From assembly GCA_963796055.1 (NCBI GenBank), contig CAWCKH010000004.1:1792001-1856000 (forward strand): 64,000 nucleotides of DNA, given 5' to 3'. The notes under the pieces were generated by a model. That model had not been told where the DNA came from. It was given only the letters and a program-made list of their open reading frames with translations, and searched no databases. The DNA is from an uncultured delta proteobacterium (GTDB taxonomy: Bacteria > Myxococcota > Myxococcia > Myxococcales > Myxococcaceae). This document shows, one piece after another, positions 28,906-39,612 of this stretch. Every line of letters starts with the position of its first letter. Position 1 is the stretch's first letter. Position numbers and translations under genes: made by a program.

Positions 28906-31900
28906 ATGTGGTCTCGAGACAGGCTCCACCGGCGGTGCGGCAGGAGCGCGGCCCGAAGGCCGAGCGCCCGTCGTCCCACGGCACTGCTCTCGTTGGGGCT
29001 GGCGGCAGCGGTGCTGCTGTCGACGGAGGTCCGAGCCGCCGCGGTGAATTGGCAGGCCGGAAGCGGCGCCTGGAACAACGGTGTCAACTGGTCGACGGGG
29101 ACCGTTCCGACCTCGAACGACGACGTCACCATCAATTCGGCGGTCACCGTCCAGGTGAACAACCAGGGCGGCAACGCGGTCGCCCGCACTCTCACCCTCG
29201 GATCGGGCGCGGCCCTGACCCGGGCGAACGGAAGGACGCTCGCGGTCGGTCAGGGCATCAACGTTGCCTCCGGCAACGCCACCCTGAACATTCCCTTCAC
29301 CGCCGGAACCCTCAGCAACACCGGTACCGGCACCCTGACCGTCGGCCAGTCCGGGACCGTGACCGGCAACGTCGGGGTGAGTGACGGGGGAACCCTCGCT
29401 TTTACCGGAACCGCCACTTTGGGCGCCGGAAGCTTCACCCTCGCATCGGGTTCGGCGCTGACCTTGAACTTCTCGAACACGACCACGGTCGCGCTCCTCA
29501 CCGTCTCGGGCAACGCGACGGTGGCCGGGACGCTGAACCTCACCGGCTCCACCCCCAGCCTCGCCGGAAGCCCGTACCACCTCGTCAGGTCCACCGGCGG
29601 CACGATCGACTTCACCGGGCTCTCGCTTGGCACCGTTCCGGGAGGCCGCACCTTCGGGTTCCGCGTCCTGGGAACCGACCTGGTCATGGATGTCACGCAG
29701 AACCCGATCGCGATCGACTCGGTCACCTCGACCACCGGGACCTGCGCCGCGGGGACAGTCAGCTGGCAGCACACCATCGGCGCCACGGCAAACGACCGGC
29801 TGCTGATCGTCGGTGTCTCGACCGGAAGCAACTCGGGCAGCGCGTTGCCCACCTCGGTGAGGTACGGGACCCAGACCCTGACCGCGCGAGGCGGAGACAA
29901 CGCCGGAACCACGCAGGTGCAGATCTACACGCTGCTCGCGCCTCCGCGGGGGACGAACACGGTGACGCTGACCTTTCCGGGAGGCAGCACCTGCTTCGCG
30001 GTTGCGGGCTCGGTCTCCTACACGGGTGTGAGCCAGTCCAACCCGATCGGCGGAGTGGTCAGCGACACCGAGACCGGGAACACCCCGCTGCTGGCGACCA
30101 TCGACGTGAACGTGCAGCCCCATTACAAGGTGTTCGCCGTCCTCTCCTCGAACACCGCGACGTCGGCCACCCCGGTCCAGTCGAACGTGACGGCGCGCTG
30201 GTCCGCGCTCAACGGGACCGAGTTCGGAACCGCCGAGACCCTGGCCTACGGGGGAAACAACAACACCACCATCACTCTCTCGTACAACATGGGCCCGCCC
30301 AGCTCGACCTTCTGGTCGCTCTCGGCCATGCCGATCCACCCGGCGAATCCAAACGCTGCGGCGCCACCCGCGCCCGTCGTCCGGTGGTCGGCCGGGGGTG
30401 CCGCGCTTTCCTGGAGCCTGGACGCCACCTCGGATGTGGTGGGCTTCCGCGTCTGGAGAGAGGCCGCTGGGCAGCGGGTGCTCCTCACGCCGGGGCTCCT
30501 TGCCGGCCCACTGCTCGCCAGCAGGGCGACATTGCTCGCCGGCTCGCAACCCGGATGGGTCGACCGGAGCCCGGTTCCGAGTGCCACGTACCTGGTCGAG
30601 TCACTGCACCGGGACGGAAGCACCCGCTGGACGCCCGCCGTCGCCGGCTCCGGTACGGCTCCTGCCCTCTCCTCGGAGCTCGTCGCGGTTTCTCCCTCGT
30701 CGCTGCTCCGTGCACTGCCAGGGCTGCGGGTCGAGCCTGCCGACCTTCCGGCGCTACCGCCGCGGCCTGGCTCCCGGGAGCTCCAGTGGGAGCTCGCCGC
30801 GGGCCACGCGGTCAAGCTTGTCGTCTCGCGGCCGGGTGTGGTCCGCGTGTCTGCGGAGTCGCTTTTCGCTGCAGAGATTCCGGTCGGAACTCCGGCTTCC
30901 TCGCTCCAGCTGTTCCGCGAGGGGCGCCCGGTTGGCCGCACCGTGCTCACCACAGACGGAGCAACGCTCCAGCCGGGCGACTCGGTCGAGTTCTACGGTC
31001 ATGGGATGGACACGCGGTACTCGGGCTCGGCGGTCTACTGGCTGACCACCGGAGCCGGACGAGGCAGGGAGATCCCAACGGTGTCGGCGCCGTCGCAGGG
31101 TGTCGACACCGGCTCGTTCATGGCCGCGACCGAGATCCGGGAGCGGTTGACCTGGTTCGGCGCGGCCCGGAACGGAGACGCAGAGAAGTTCTTCGGGCCC
31201 GCCGTGCACAGCCAGGCCCGCACGCGGACGATCTCCGCCGAGGGGCTCGACGTCGCCGGCAGCGGAGCGCAGCTGGAGGTCGCGCTCCAGGGCGTCACCG
31301 AGGTGCCTCACGCGGTCAACGTGAGTCTCAACGGTCTGTCGCTCGGAACCCTCTCGTTCGAGGGCGCGGTGCCCGGGCGGGCGACCTTCGGGGTGCCGCC
31401 TGGAGCGCTCATCCCGGGGGACAACGAGATCGAGCTGGTGGCGCCCGCCGCCTCCGACATCTCCCTGGAAGAGTTCGTCCGGCTGGTCTACCCGCGGCAG
31501 ACGCTCCGGGGCTCGGGTGCGCTGGACTTCAGGCTTCAGGGCGGGAGTGCCACGCTCCTCAAGGGCTTCGACCCCACGCTTACGCGGGTCCTCGATGTGA
31601 CCGACCCGGAGGCCCCCGTGCAGCTCGTCACCTGGGACCTCTCCAGCGACGCGGCGGTCGCGGCCCCCGGCTCGGGCCCTCGGCACCTGCTGGCGTACAT
31701 CCCGGGCGATACCACTCCTCCGGCGTCGGTGCGCGTCAACCATCCGAGCAGCTGGCACGCGGCCGAGGGGGCGGACCTGGTCATCGTCGGTCCGGCCGGG
31801 CTCTTCGGTGCAGTGAAGCCCCTGGTGGAGCGGCGGCAGTCGGAGGGGCTGCGGGTGGCCCTGGTGGACATCGAGGACGTCCAGGACGAGTTCGCCTCCG

Positions 31901-32922
31901 GGGAGAAGAGCGCCGAGGCCTTGCGCCGCTTCCTGGCCCAGGCGCTCGAGGCGTGGACGGTCCCGCCCCGATTTCTGTTGCTGCTCGGCGCTGCCACGTA
32001 CGATCCGCGGGACTACCTCGGGCTCGGGGGAGACCTCGTCCCCAGCGCGGTCGTCCAGACCGACGCGCTCGAGGCGGTCTCCGACAGCTGGTTCCTGGGC
32101 GTCTCGGGGGCCGAGTCAGTCTCCATCGGTCGGCTTCCGGTGCACAACGTGGCCGAGACCGAGGTCGTGGTGGCGAAGATCCTGAACCGCCGCGAGGGAG
32201 ACGCACGCTCGCCGGTGCTGCTTGCCTCCGACGCCCTGGGCACGAGCGACTTCCCGGAGATGACAGCGGACCTGCGCGCTTCCCTTCCCGATGCCGCAGC
32301 CACCGTGCTGGTGCGGGGAACGGATCCCGACGATGTCCTGCATCAGCGCTTCGTGGACGCCGCTCGGAGCGGCCCCGCCCTGGTCAACTACGCCGGGCAT
32401 GCGTCCGAGCTCTTCTGGAACGGCCATCTGCACTCCATCGAGGACGCCGAGACGCTCGCCGGGGGAGGCACGAGCCTCTGGATTCACATGACCTGTCTCA
32501 CCGGTTTCTTCCAGGATCCGCGACGGCAGAGTCTCGCCGTGGCGACTCTGCTTGCCCCGAGCGGAGGAGCCTGGGGCGCGTGGGGGAGCACGTCCATGAC
32601 GTATCCGACGGAGCACTCGGCGCTGAACCGGGCGCTGGTGAAGGGACTCCTCCTCGAGGGGAAGACCCTGGGCGAGGCGACGCGCGAGGCGCTGGCGGGA
32701 ACGACGGATGTGGACCTGGCAAACACCTTCGTGCTGCTCGGGGATCCGAGCGCGCGTGCGGTGGCGGCGAAGTCGTCGGCACTCAGGGTCAGCGGAAAGT
32801 CCTCAAGCGCGCTCGGCTGTAGCACCGCTGGTCACGGAACCGGCAGCCTCGCCCTGCTCGCGGCCGTGGCGCTTTGGCTCGCCCTTTCCCGAGGGCGGGC
32901 GATGGTCCTCGGAAAGCGCTGA
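28906..32922 (+). CDS. Secreted C25 cysteine peptidase with MYXO-CTERM-like tail, paralog 3
   Basis: Signal peptide ending TEVRA; NYAGHA, MTCLTGFF, LLGDPS; tail LGC-TM-RGR. Closest to paralog 2. Start uncertain (ORF opens at 28786). Confidence 0.85.
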   Translation: MWSRDRLHRRCGRSAARRPSARRPTALLSLGLAAAVLLSTEVRAAAVNWQAGSGAWNNGVNWSTGTVPTSNDDVTINSAVTVQVNNQGGNAVARTLTLGSGAALTRANGRTLAVGQGINVASGNATLNIPFTAGTLSNTGTGTLTVGQSGTVTGNVGVSDGGTLAFTGTATLGAGSFTLASGSALTLNFSNTTTVALLTVSGNATVAGTLNLTGSTPSLAGSPYHLVRSTGGTIDFTGLSLGTVPGGRTFGFRVLGTDLVMDVTQNPIAIDSVTSTTGTCAAGTVSWQHTIGATANDRLLIVGVSTGSNSGSALPTSVRYGTQTLTARGGDNAGTTQVQIYTLLAPPRGTNTVTLTFPGGSTCFAVAGSVSYTGVSQSNPIGGVVSDTETGNTPLLATIDVNVQPHYKVFAVLSSNTATSATPVQSNVTARWSALNGTEFGTAETLAYGGNNNTTITLSYNMGPPSSTFWSLSAMPIHPANPNAAAPPAPVVRWSAGGAALSWSLDATSDVVGFRVWREAAGQRVLLTPGLLAGPLLASRATLLAGSQPGWVDRSPVPSATYLVESLHRDGSTRWTPAVAGSGTAPALSSELVAVSPSSLLRALPGLRVEPADLPALPPRPGSRELQWELAAGHAVKLVVSRPGVVRVSAESLFAAEIPVGTPASSLQLFREGRPVGRTVLTTDGATLQPGDSVEFYGHGMDTRYSGSAVYWLTTGAGRGREIPTVSAPSQGVDTGSFMAATEIRERLTWFGAARNGDAEKFFGPAVHSQARTRTISAEGLDVAGSGAQLEVALQGVTEVPHAVNVSLNGLSLGTLSFEGAVPGRATFGVPPGALIPGDNEIELVAPAASDISLEEFVRLVYPRQTLRGSGALDFRLQGGSATLLKGFDPTLTRVLDVTDPEAPVQLVTWDLSSDAAVAAPGSGPRHLLAYIPGDTTPPASVRVNHPSSWHAAEGADLVIVGPAGLFGAVKPLVERRQSEGLRVALVDIEDVQDEFASGEKSAEALRRFLAQALEAWTVPPRFLLLLGAATYDPRDYLGLGGDLVPSAVVQTDALEAVSDSWFLGVSGAESVSIGRLPVHNVAETEVVVAKILNRREGDARSPVLLASDALGTSDFPEMTADLRASLPDAAATVLVRGTDPDDVLHQRFVDAARSGPALVNYAGHASELFWNGHLHSIEDAETLAGGGTSLWIHMTCLTGFFQDPRRQSLAVATLLAPSGGAWGAWGSTSMTYPTEHSALNRALVKGLLLEGKTLGEATREALAGTTDVDLANTFVLLGDPSARAVAAKSSALRVSGKSSSALGCSTAGHGTGSLALLAAVALWLALSRGRAMVLGKR

Positions 32923-32979
32923 CTCTCCGAGGCCTCGGCCGAGGAGCTCTCGCGCCGCCCTAAGTGATCGGCATTGCCG

Positions 32980-34323
32980 CTAGTCCTCGAGCCGCTTGAG
33001 GAACGTCGGGTAGCTGAGCCCCAGCACCCGTGCCGCCTCCACCCGCCGCCCGCTGAGCTGGCCGAGCACGTGCCGCACGTAGCGCTTCTCAATCTCCTCC
33101 AGCGGCCGGGGGTCGCCGGTCACCACGAAGCTCCCCGCCGGCGCCGAGCCCTCCACCGGCTCGCGCATGGTCTGCAGCAGCGAGAGCGACAGCTCGGGCC
33201 CGGGCTCCAGCACCAGCGCCCGCTCGAGCACGTTCCGCAGCTCGCGCACGTTCCCCGGAAAGGGGTAGTTCTGCAGCCGGGCCCGGGCCTGCTCCCCCAG
33301 CCGGAACCCCTTCCGCCCCAGCTCGCGGCCCAGCTCCACGAGCAGCGTCTCGGCCAGCGGGATGACGTCCTCGGGCCGGTCCCGCAACGCCGGAACGTGG
33401 ATCGCGAACACGCTCAGCCGGAACCAGAGGTCCTCGCGGAAGCGGCCCTCGCGGATCTCCAGCTCGAGATTCCGGTTGGTCGCCGCCACCACCCGCGCGG
33501 TGCTGCTCTCCTCGCCGCTGCTCCCCACCCGCCGGAACCGCCCCGAGTCGAGGAAGGTGAGCAGCTTGGCCTGCAGCGGCAGCGGCAGCTCGCCCACCTC
33601 GTCGAGGAACAGCGTGCCCCCGCTGGCCACCTCCACCAGCCCGCGGCGCGCCTGCTTGGCGTCGGTGAAGGCCCCCTTCTCGTGGCCGAAGAGCTCAGAC
33701 TCGACGGTGCTCTCGGGCAGCGCGGCACAGTTCACCTGGACGAAGGGTGCTTCCTCGCCGGCCCCCTGGGCGTGGACGTGGCGGGCCAGCACCTCCTTGC
33801 CGGCACCGGTGGGCCCGAGGAGGAACACCGGGCTCCGGGGCGAGGTTGCGATGCGCTCCAGCATCTCCAGCACCTGACGCATCGCCGCCGACCGGGGCGG
33901 CACCAGGCGGCGGCGTCCGGACAGCTCGGCCTCCACCCGGCTCAGGCGCTCGCGGAGGTTCTGCTCGCCCATGGCCCGCTGGGCGCGCATCACCAGATCG
34001 GTGAGGTCCACCGGCTTGGCCACGTAGTCGGCCGCTCCGGCACGGATGGCGTCCACCGCGCTCTGGATGTCTCCGTGCGCGGTCACCATCACCACCGGTG
34101 TTCCCGGGAGCTGGGCCTTCAGTTCCGGCAAGTAGTCCAGCCCGTCGCCGTCGGGCAGCCGGCGGTCCAGGACCACCAGCTCGGGGGCGGCCCGTTCCAC
34201 CGCCTCGCGCGCCTCGTGGAGCGAGCGCGCCAGCACCACCGGATGCCCCTCCCTCGACAGCGCCGCCTGCGCCAGCGAGGAGAAGCCCCGATCATCATCG
34301 ACCAGAAGGATGGACCTGCTCAT
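32980..34323 (-). CDS. Sigma54-dependent NtrC-family response regulator
   Basis: Receiver domain, GPTGAGKE, ESELFGHEKGAFTDA, FLDEVGEL, PGNVREL, C-terminal HTH. Confidence 0.92.
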   Translation of the reverse strand: MSRSILLVDDDRGFSSLAQAALSREGHPVVLARSLHEAREAVERAAPELVVLDRRLPDGDGLDYLPELKAQLPGTPVVMVTAHGDIQSAVDAIRAGAADYVAKPVDLTDLVMRAQRAMGEQNLRERLSRVEAELSGRRRLVPPRSAAMRQVLEMLERIATSPRSPVFLLGPTGAGKEVLARHVHAQGAGEEAPFVQVNCAALPESTVESELFGHEKGAFTDAKQARRGLVEVASGGTLFLDEVGELPLPLQAKLLTFLDSGRFRRVGSSGEESSTARVVAATNRNLELEIREGRFREDLWFRLSVFAIHVPALRDRPEDVIPLAETLLVELGRELGRKGFRLGEQARARLQNYPFPGNVRELRNVLERALVLEPGPELSLSLLQTMREPVEGSAPAGSFVVTGDPRPLEEIEKRYVRHVLGQLSGRRVEAARVLGLSYPTFLKRLED

Positions 34324-35975
34324 GAGGGAGTCGTTCCCAGCCCGAGCTGCACCGTGAAGCGGCTCCCCGTCGCCGTTCGCTCGAACGCCAGCGACCCGCC
34401 CTGTCGTTCCACCGCCTGACGGGCCATGGAGAGCCCGAGCCCGATGCCCCTCGGCTTGGTCGTCACGAAGGGCTGGAACAGGCCGGCCTCGAACCCCGGC
34501 GGTGGACCACCGGCATTATCCTCCACCTCGACCCGGACGGCACCATCCACCCGGCGGGTGGTGATGCGAACCCGGGGATGGGGCTGTCTTCCCAGGTCCT
34601 TGGCCACCACCGCAGCCTCCATCGCATTGCGGAGCAGGTTGTCCAGGGCGGTCACCAGGAGCAGCGGATCGCAGTAGATCTCGAAGCGAGGTGTCGAGCT
34701 CCGACGTCACCTCCACCTCCTCCGCCTCGGGTAGGACGCGGAGCGACTCCACCGCCTCGTTCACCAGCTGACCCACCGGCGTGAGCGAGAGCTGGGCATT
34801 GGCCGGCTTGCCGAAATTGAGCAACGAGGTGGCGAGGTGGCTCAGCCGGTCGATTTGCCCCCGCATCGTCTTCACCGGCAGGGTGCGCTCGCCATCCCGG
34901 GCGAGCATCGAGGCCGCCGCCTTCATCCCGTTGAGCGAGTTCTTCACCTCGTGGGCGATGAGCGAGGCCGCCTGGCCGAGTGCCGCCAGCTTCTCGGCCT
35001 GGGCGAGCGCCTCGTCCATCTCCCGGTAGCGCAGGTAGGTGCGCCGGAGGAACCAGCTGAACAGCACCACGGTGACCGTCTGCCCCACCAGCACCAGGAG
35101 CATCTGCCAGAAGAACCGCCAGCGGACCGGGGCCAGCATCGGCGTCTCCTCGGCCACCAGCAGCAGCCGCAGCCCGGTGTCACCCACCCGCGTGGCCGCG
35201 GCGTACTCTGGCTTTCCGGAGAGATCGGTGGTCATCGCCCGGCCGCGGCGGAGGAGATCCCCGAGCCGCTCGGGAAAGCCCGCGGCGCCGGTCCACACCG
35301 GTGGCGTGGCCGGGAGCAGCACGTCACCTCGGTCGGTGGCGACCACCAGGATGGAGCCCTCGGCGGTGGCCGCTCCCCCGGGGAGACCGCGCTTGCCGGC
35401 GTCGACCAGGCCCACCACCGCGCCCGACAGTCGCCCGTCGCGGATCACCGGGGCGGCCACGACGAAGGTGCGGCTCCCCGGCTCGAGGGCGTCCACCACC
35501 GGGTGGTCGGTCCGGAGCAGTCGCTGGAACCACCGATCCTGTGCGCGGGAGAGGGGGGAAGCACTCCGCGCGGCTCGCTCCACACCGGGAGGCCCGAGCC
35601 GTCGAGGAACAGCACCGCGGAGAAGAAGGGCGAGTTGTGGTGGGTGAACTCCAGCAGCTCGCGCTCGGGCTGGAGGTTCTCGTCGAGCAGGTCTACTTGA
35701 GGGCGAGAAGCGAGCCGCTCCAGCTCGTGCTCCAGGGTCCCGAAGTGCAGCGCCAGGGCCTCGGCATAGACGGCGGCCTCACGGGCCACGCGCGTCCGGA
35801 GCAGCACCTGGGTTTCCCGGACCTCGTTGAGGTAGGTCAGCAGCGGGCCGATCAGGGCGATGACGCCCACCGCCACCAGGCCGATCAGCACCGAGCGCCC
35901 CAGGCGCTGGTCCGCCTCGCTCCCGGCCAACGAGCGCCTGGTCTCCGCTGCCGTCAGGTTGTCCGACACCGCCAC
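34320..35975 (-). CDS. Sensor histidine kinase, two frameshifts (~35555 and ~34685)
   Basis: Split across ORFs 35445..35975 (TM and sensor), 34516..35583 (TM, AHEVKNSL) and 34320..34655 (NLLRNA, EDNAGG, GIGLGL). Confidence 0.85.
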
Positions 35976-35981
35976 CCGAGA

Positions 35982-37352
<1,371 letters not shown>

Positions 37353-37427
37353 GGGTCGAACGCCTCACATACACGGGAAGTGCCCGTCTCGCATCCCTGT
37401 CGGACGGGCGGCTGCTACTGTGCCCTC

Positions 37428-38294
37428 ATGACCGCCGAGTCTCGCCCACGGGTCTGTCTGCTCACCGGGGCCACCCTGGGGATCGGCCGGGCGGCGGCCG
37501 AGGCCCTGGCGCCGATGGGAATGGAGCTGGTCCTGGTGGCCCGCGACCGGGCCCGGCTGGAGGCCCTGGCCGCCGAGCTTCGGCGGAGGACCCCGGGGGC
37601 GAAGGTGGGAGTCCTGGCGGGCGACCTCTCCCGGACGGCCGAGGTACGCCGCATCGCCCGGGAGTTCCGGGCGACCCACGACCGGCTGCACGTGCTGCTC
37701 AACAACGCCGGGGCGATGTTCGCCCGTCGGGAGGTCACCCCGGAGGGCCTGGAGCGGACGCTGGCGCTGAACCACCTGGCCTACTTCGTCTTGACGGAGG
37801 AGCTGCTGCCGCTGCTGAAGAGCTCCGCGCCATCGCGCATCGTGAACGTCAGCTCGGACGCACACCTCGGGACGCGCATCGACTTCGAGGACCTCATGTC
37901 CGCGCGCGGGCGGTACCGGGCGTTCGCGGTGTACGGACGCACCAAGCTGATGAACATCCTCTTCACCCGTGAGCTGGCGCGGCGGCTGGAGGGCACGGGC
38001 GTGACGGTGAACGCGATGCATCCGGGCTTCGTCCGGAGCGGGTTCGGTCACAACAACCCGGGTCTCCTCGGGACGCTGGTGAAGTGGGGGCAGGCCTTCG
38101 CCCGGACCCCGGAGCAGGGCGCCCGGACCCTGGTGTACCTGGCGACCTCGCCCGCGGTGGAGGGCGTGACGGGCCGGTACTTCTTCGACGAGCGAGAGCG
38201 CCGCACGAGTCCCGAGGCCCAGGACATGGAGGCGGCGCGCCGGCTGTGGGAGGTCAGCGTGCGGCTCGCCGGTCCGTCCGCCGCCGCTGCATGA
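37428..38294 (+). CDS. Short-chain dehydrogenase/reductase (retinol dehydrogenase-like)
   Basis: TGATLGIG, NNAG, YGRTK, HPGFVRS. Confidence 0.88.
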   Translation: MTAESRPRVCLLTGATLGIGRAAAEALAPMGMELVLVARDRARLEALAAELRRRTPGAKVGVLAGDLSRTAEVRRIAREFRATHDRLHVLLNNAGAMFARREVTPEGLERTLALNHLAYFVLTEELLPLLKSSAPSRIVNVSSDAHLGTRIDFEDLMSARGRYRAFAVYGRTKLMNILFTRELARRLEGTGVTVNAMHPGFVRSGFGHNNPGLLGTLVKWGQAFARTPEQGARTLVYLATSPAVEGVTGRYFFDERERRTSPEAQDMEAARRLWEVSVRLAGPSAAAA

Positions 38295-39610
38295 GGAAGG
38301 CGCGGAACGCGCGGCGCCGCTGGCGCTGGCCACTGGTGCTGCTGGGTGCGCTGGCGCTCCTGGCGCTGGTCCCGTTCTCGCGCCTGGGGCGCGGACCGCG
38401 CGTCAGGGAGGTGGGGCATGGCTCCGGGATCGGGCCGCTCCGGGCGGGCGCGGCCAGGGTGGAGATGGCCATCCCGCTCCCGGTCCCGGCGGTGGGCTAC
38501 GGACTGGTCCGGCCGGAGGTGAGCCGGGTGGCGCTCCCGATCTTCGCCCGGGCGGTGGTGCTCGCCTCGGACGATGAGCGGGTGGGGCTGGTCACCCTGG
38601 ACCTGCTGCTCGCCGACCAGGGCCTGGTGGAGGCGATCCGGCGCAGCGCGTCCGGCCTCGGCCTCTCCGCGCTGTGGGTCGCGGCCACGCACACCCACTC
38701 GTCCGCCGGCGGCTTCGCCTGGAATCCAGTGGCCCAGGTGGTCGCCACCGGGCGCTTCCGCACCGACGTCCGGTCCCGGGTGGTGGAGGCGGCGACGCGC
38801 GCGCTGACCACGGCGGTGTCTTCCGTGCAGCCGGTCGAGGCGCTGGCCGGGATGTCCGAGCTGCTCACGGGGACCGCGAGCCGCGACGAGTTTCCGGAGG
38901 TGGATCGGCGGCTCACCCGCATCCAGCTCCAGGGTGCGCGGGGGCCGGTGGCGCAGCTGCTGGTGCTCGCAGCGCATCCCACGCTCGTGGCCCGGCCGCC
39001 GCCGGGGCTGGATCCGGACTGGGCGGGGCGGCTGGCCGGCGCCCAGGAACGCGGAGAGCAGGGCATCACCCTGGTGCTCCAGGGCAGCGTGGGGAACGTG
39101 AGCGTTCGGCGGGAGTCGGCCGGCTCCGCCGAGCCCGCCGAGGCCTTCGCGCGGCTGGTGGAGACGGTGTTGCCGTCGGTGCCGCTCCACCCGGCGGGGA
39201 GCGGCCTGTCGCATGCGCGGCTGGAGGTGGCGTTGCCCGGTCCGGACGCCTCCCGGCTCGTGCCCTGGGGGCTGGCGACGCTGGTCGACAACGTGGCGCT
39301 CTGGCCCTGGGCGCCGGGGTGGGCGGAACTGGCGGAGCTGCGCATCGGCTCGGTGCGGCTGCTCGGGGTGCCGGCGGAGACGACGGCGGCCTCGGGCAAG
39401 GTGCTCGAGGCGGCAGCCGGGGGCGCCCGGGCCGTGTCGCTGGTGAACGGCTACCTCGGCTACGTGGAGCCCTCGGACCGGGTGGCCCGCGGGGGCGGGG
39501 AGTCCCGGCGGCAGCTCTACGGCCCGGGATTGCTCGAGGCGCTCCGGTTCGGGACCGAGGCGACCCGGGCGGCGCTCCGCCCCGGGGCGGAGGCGAGCTC
39601 AACCCGTTGA
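38291..39610 (+). CDS. Neutral/alkaline ceramidase-like protein with N-terminal anchor
   Basis: LRAGAAR, ARAVVL, ATHTHSS, AAHPT, QGSVGN, PAE, NGYLGY. Confidence 0.65.
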   Translation: MRKARNARRRWRWPLVLLGALALLALVPFSRLGRGPRVREVGHGSGIGPLRAGAARVEMAIPLPVPAVGYGLVRPEVSRVALPIFARAVVLASDDERVGLVTLDLLLADQGLVEAIRRSASGLGLSALWVAATHTHSSAGGFAWNPVAQVVATGRFRTDVRSRVVEAATRALTTAVSSVQPVEALAGMSELLTGTASRDEFPEVDRRLTRIQLQGARGPVAQLLVLAAHPTLVARPPPGLDPDWAGRLAGAQERGEQGITLVLQGSVGNVSVRRESAGSAEPAEAFARLVETVLPSVPLHPAGSGLSHARLEVALPGPDASRLVPWGLATLVDNVALWPWAPGWAELAELRIGSVRLLGVPAETTAASGKVLEAAAGGARAVSLVNGYLGYVEPSDRVARGGGESRRQLYGPGLLEALRFGTEATRAALRPGAEASSTR

Positions 39611-39612
39611 AA

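Noticed and set aside
26935..30549. 1204-aa minus-strand ORF and other long antisense ORFs (e.g. 10690..13854, 43110..45539)
   Set aside because: Arg/Gly/Pro-rich shadow frames of real high-GC genes, with no motifs.
18114..32922. Classical type V autotransporters
   Set aside because: Passenger-like repeats are present, but the C-termini are C25 plus Cys-TM-Arg tails, not beta-barrels.
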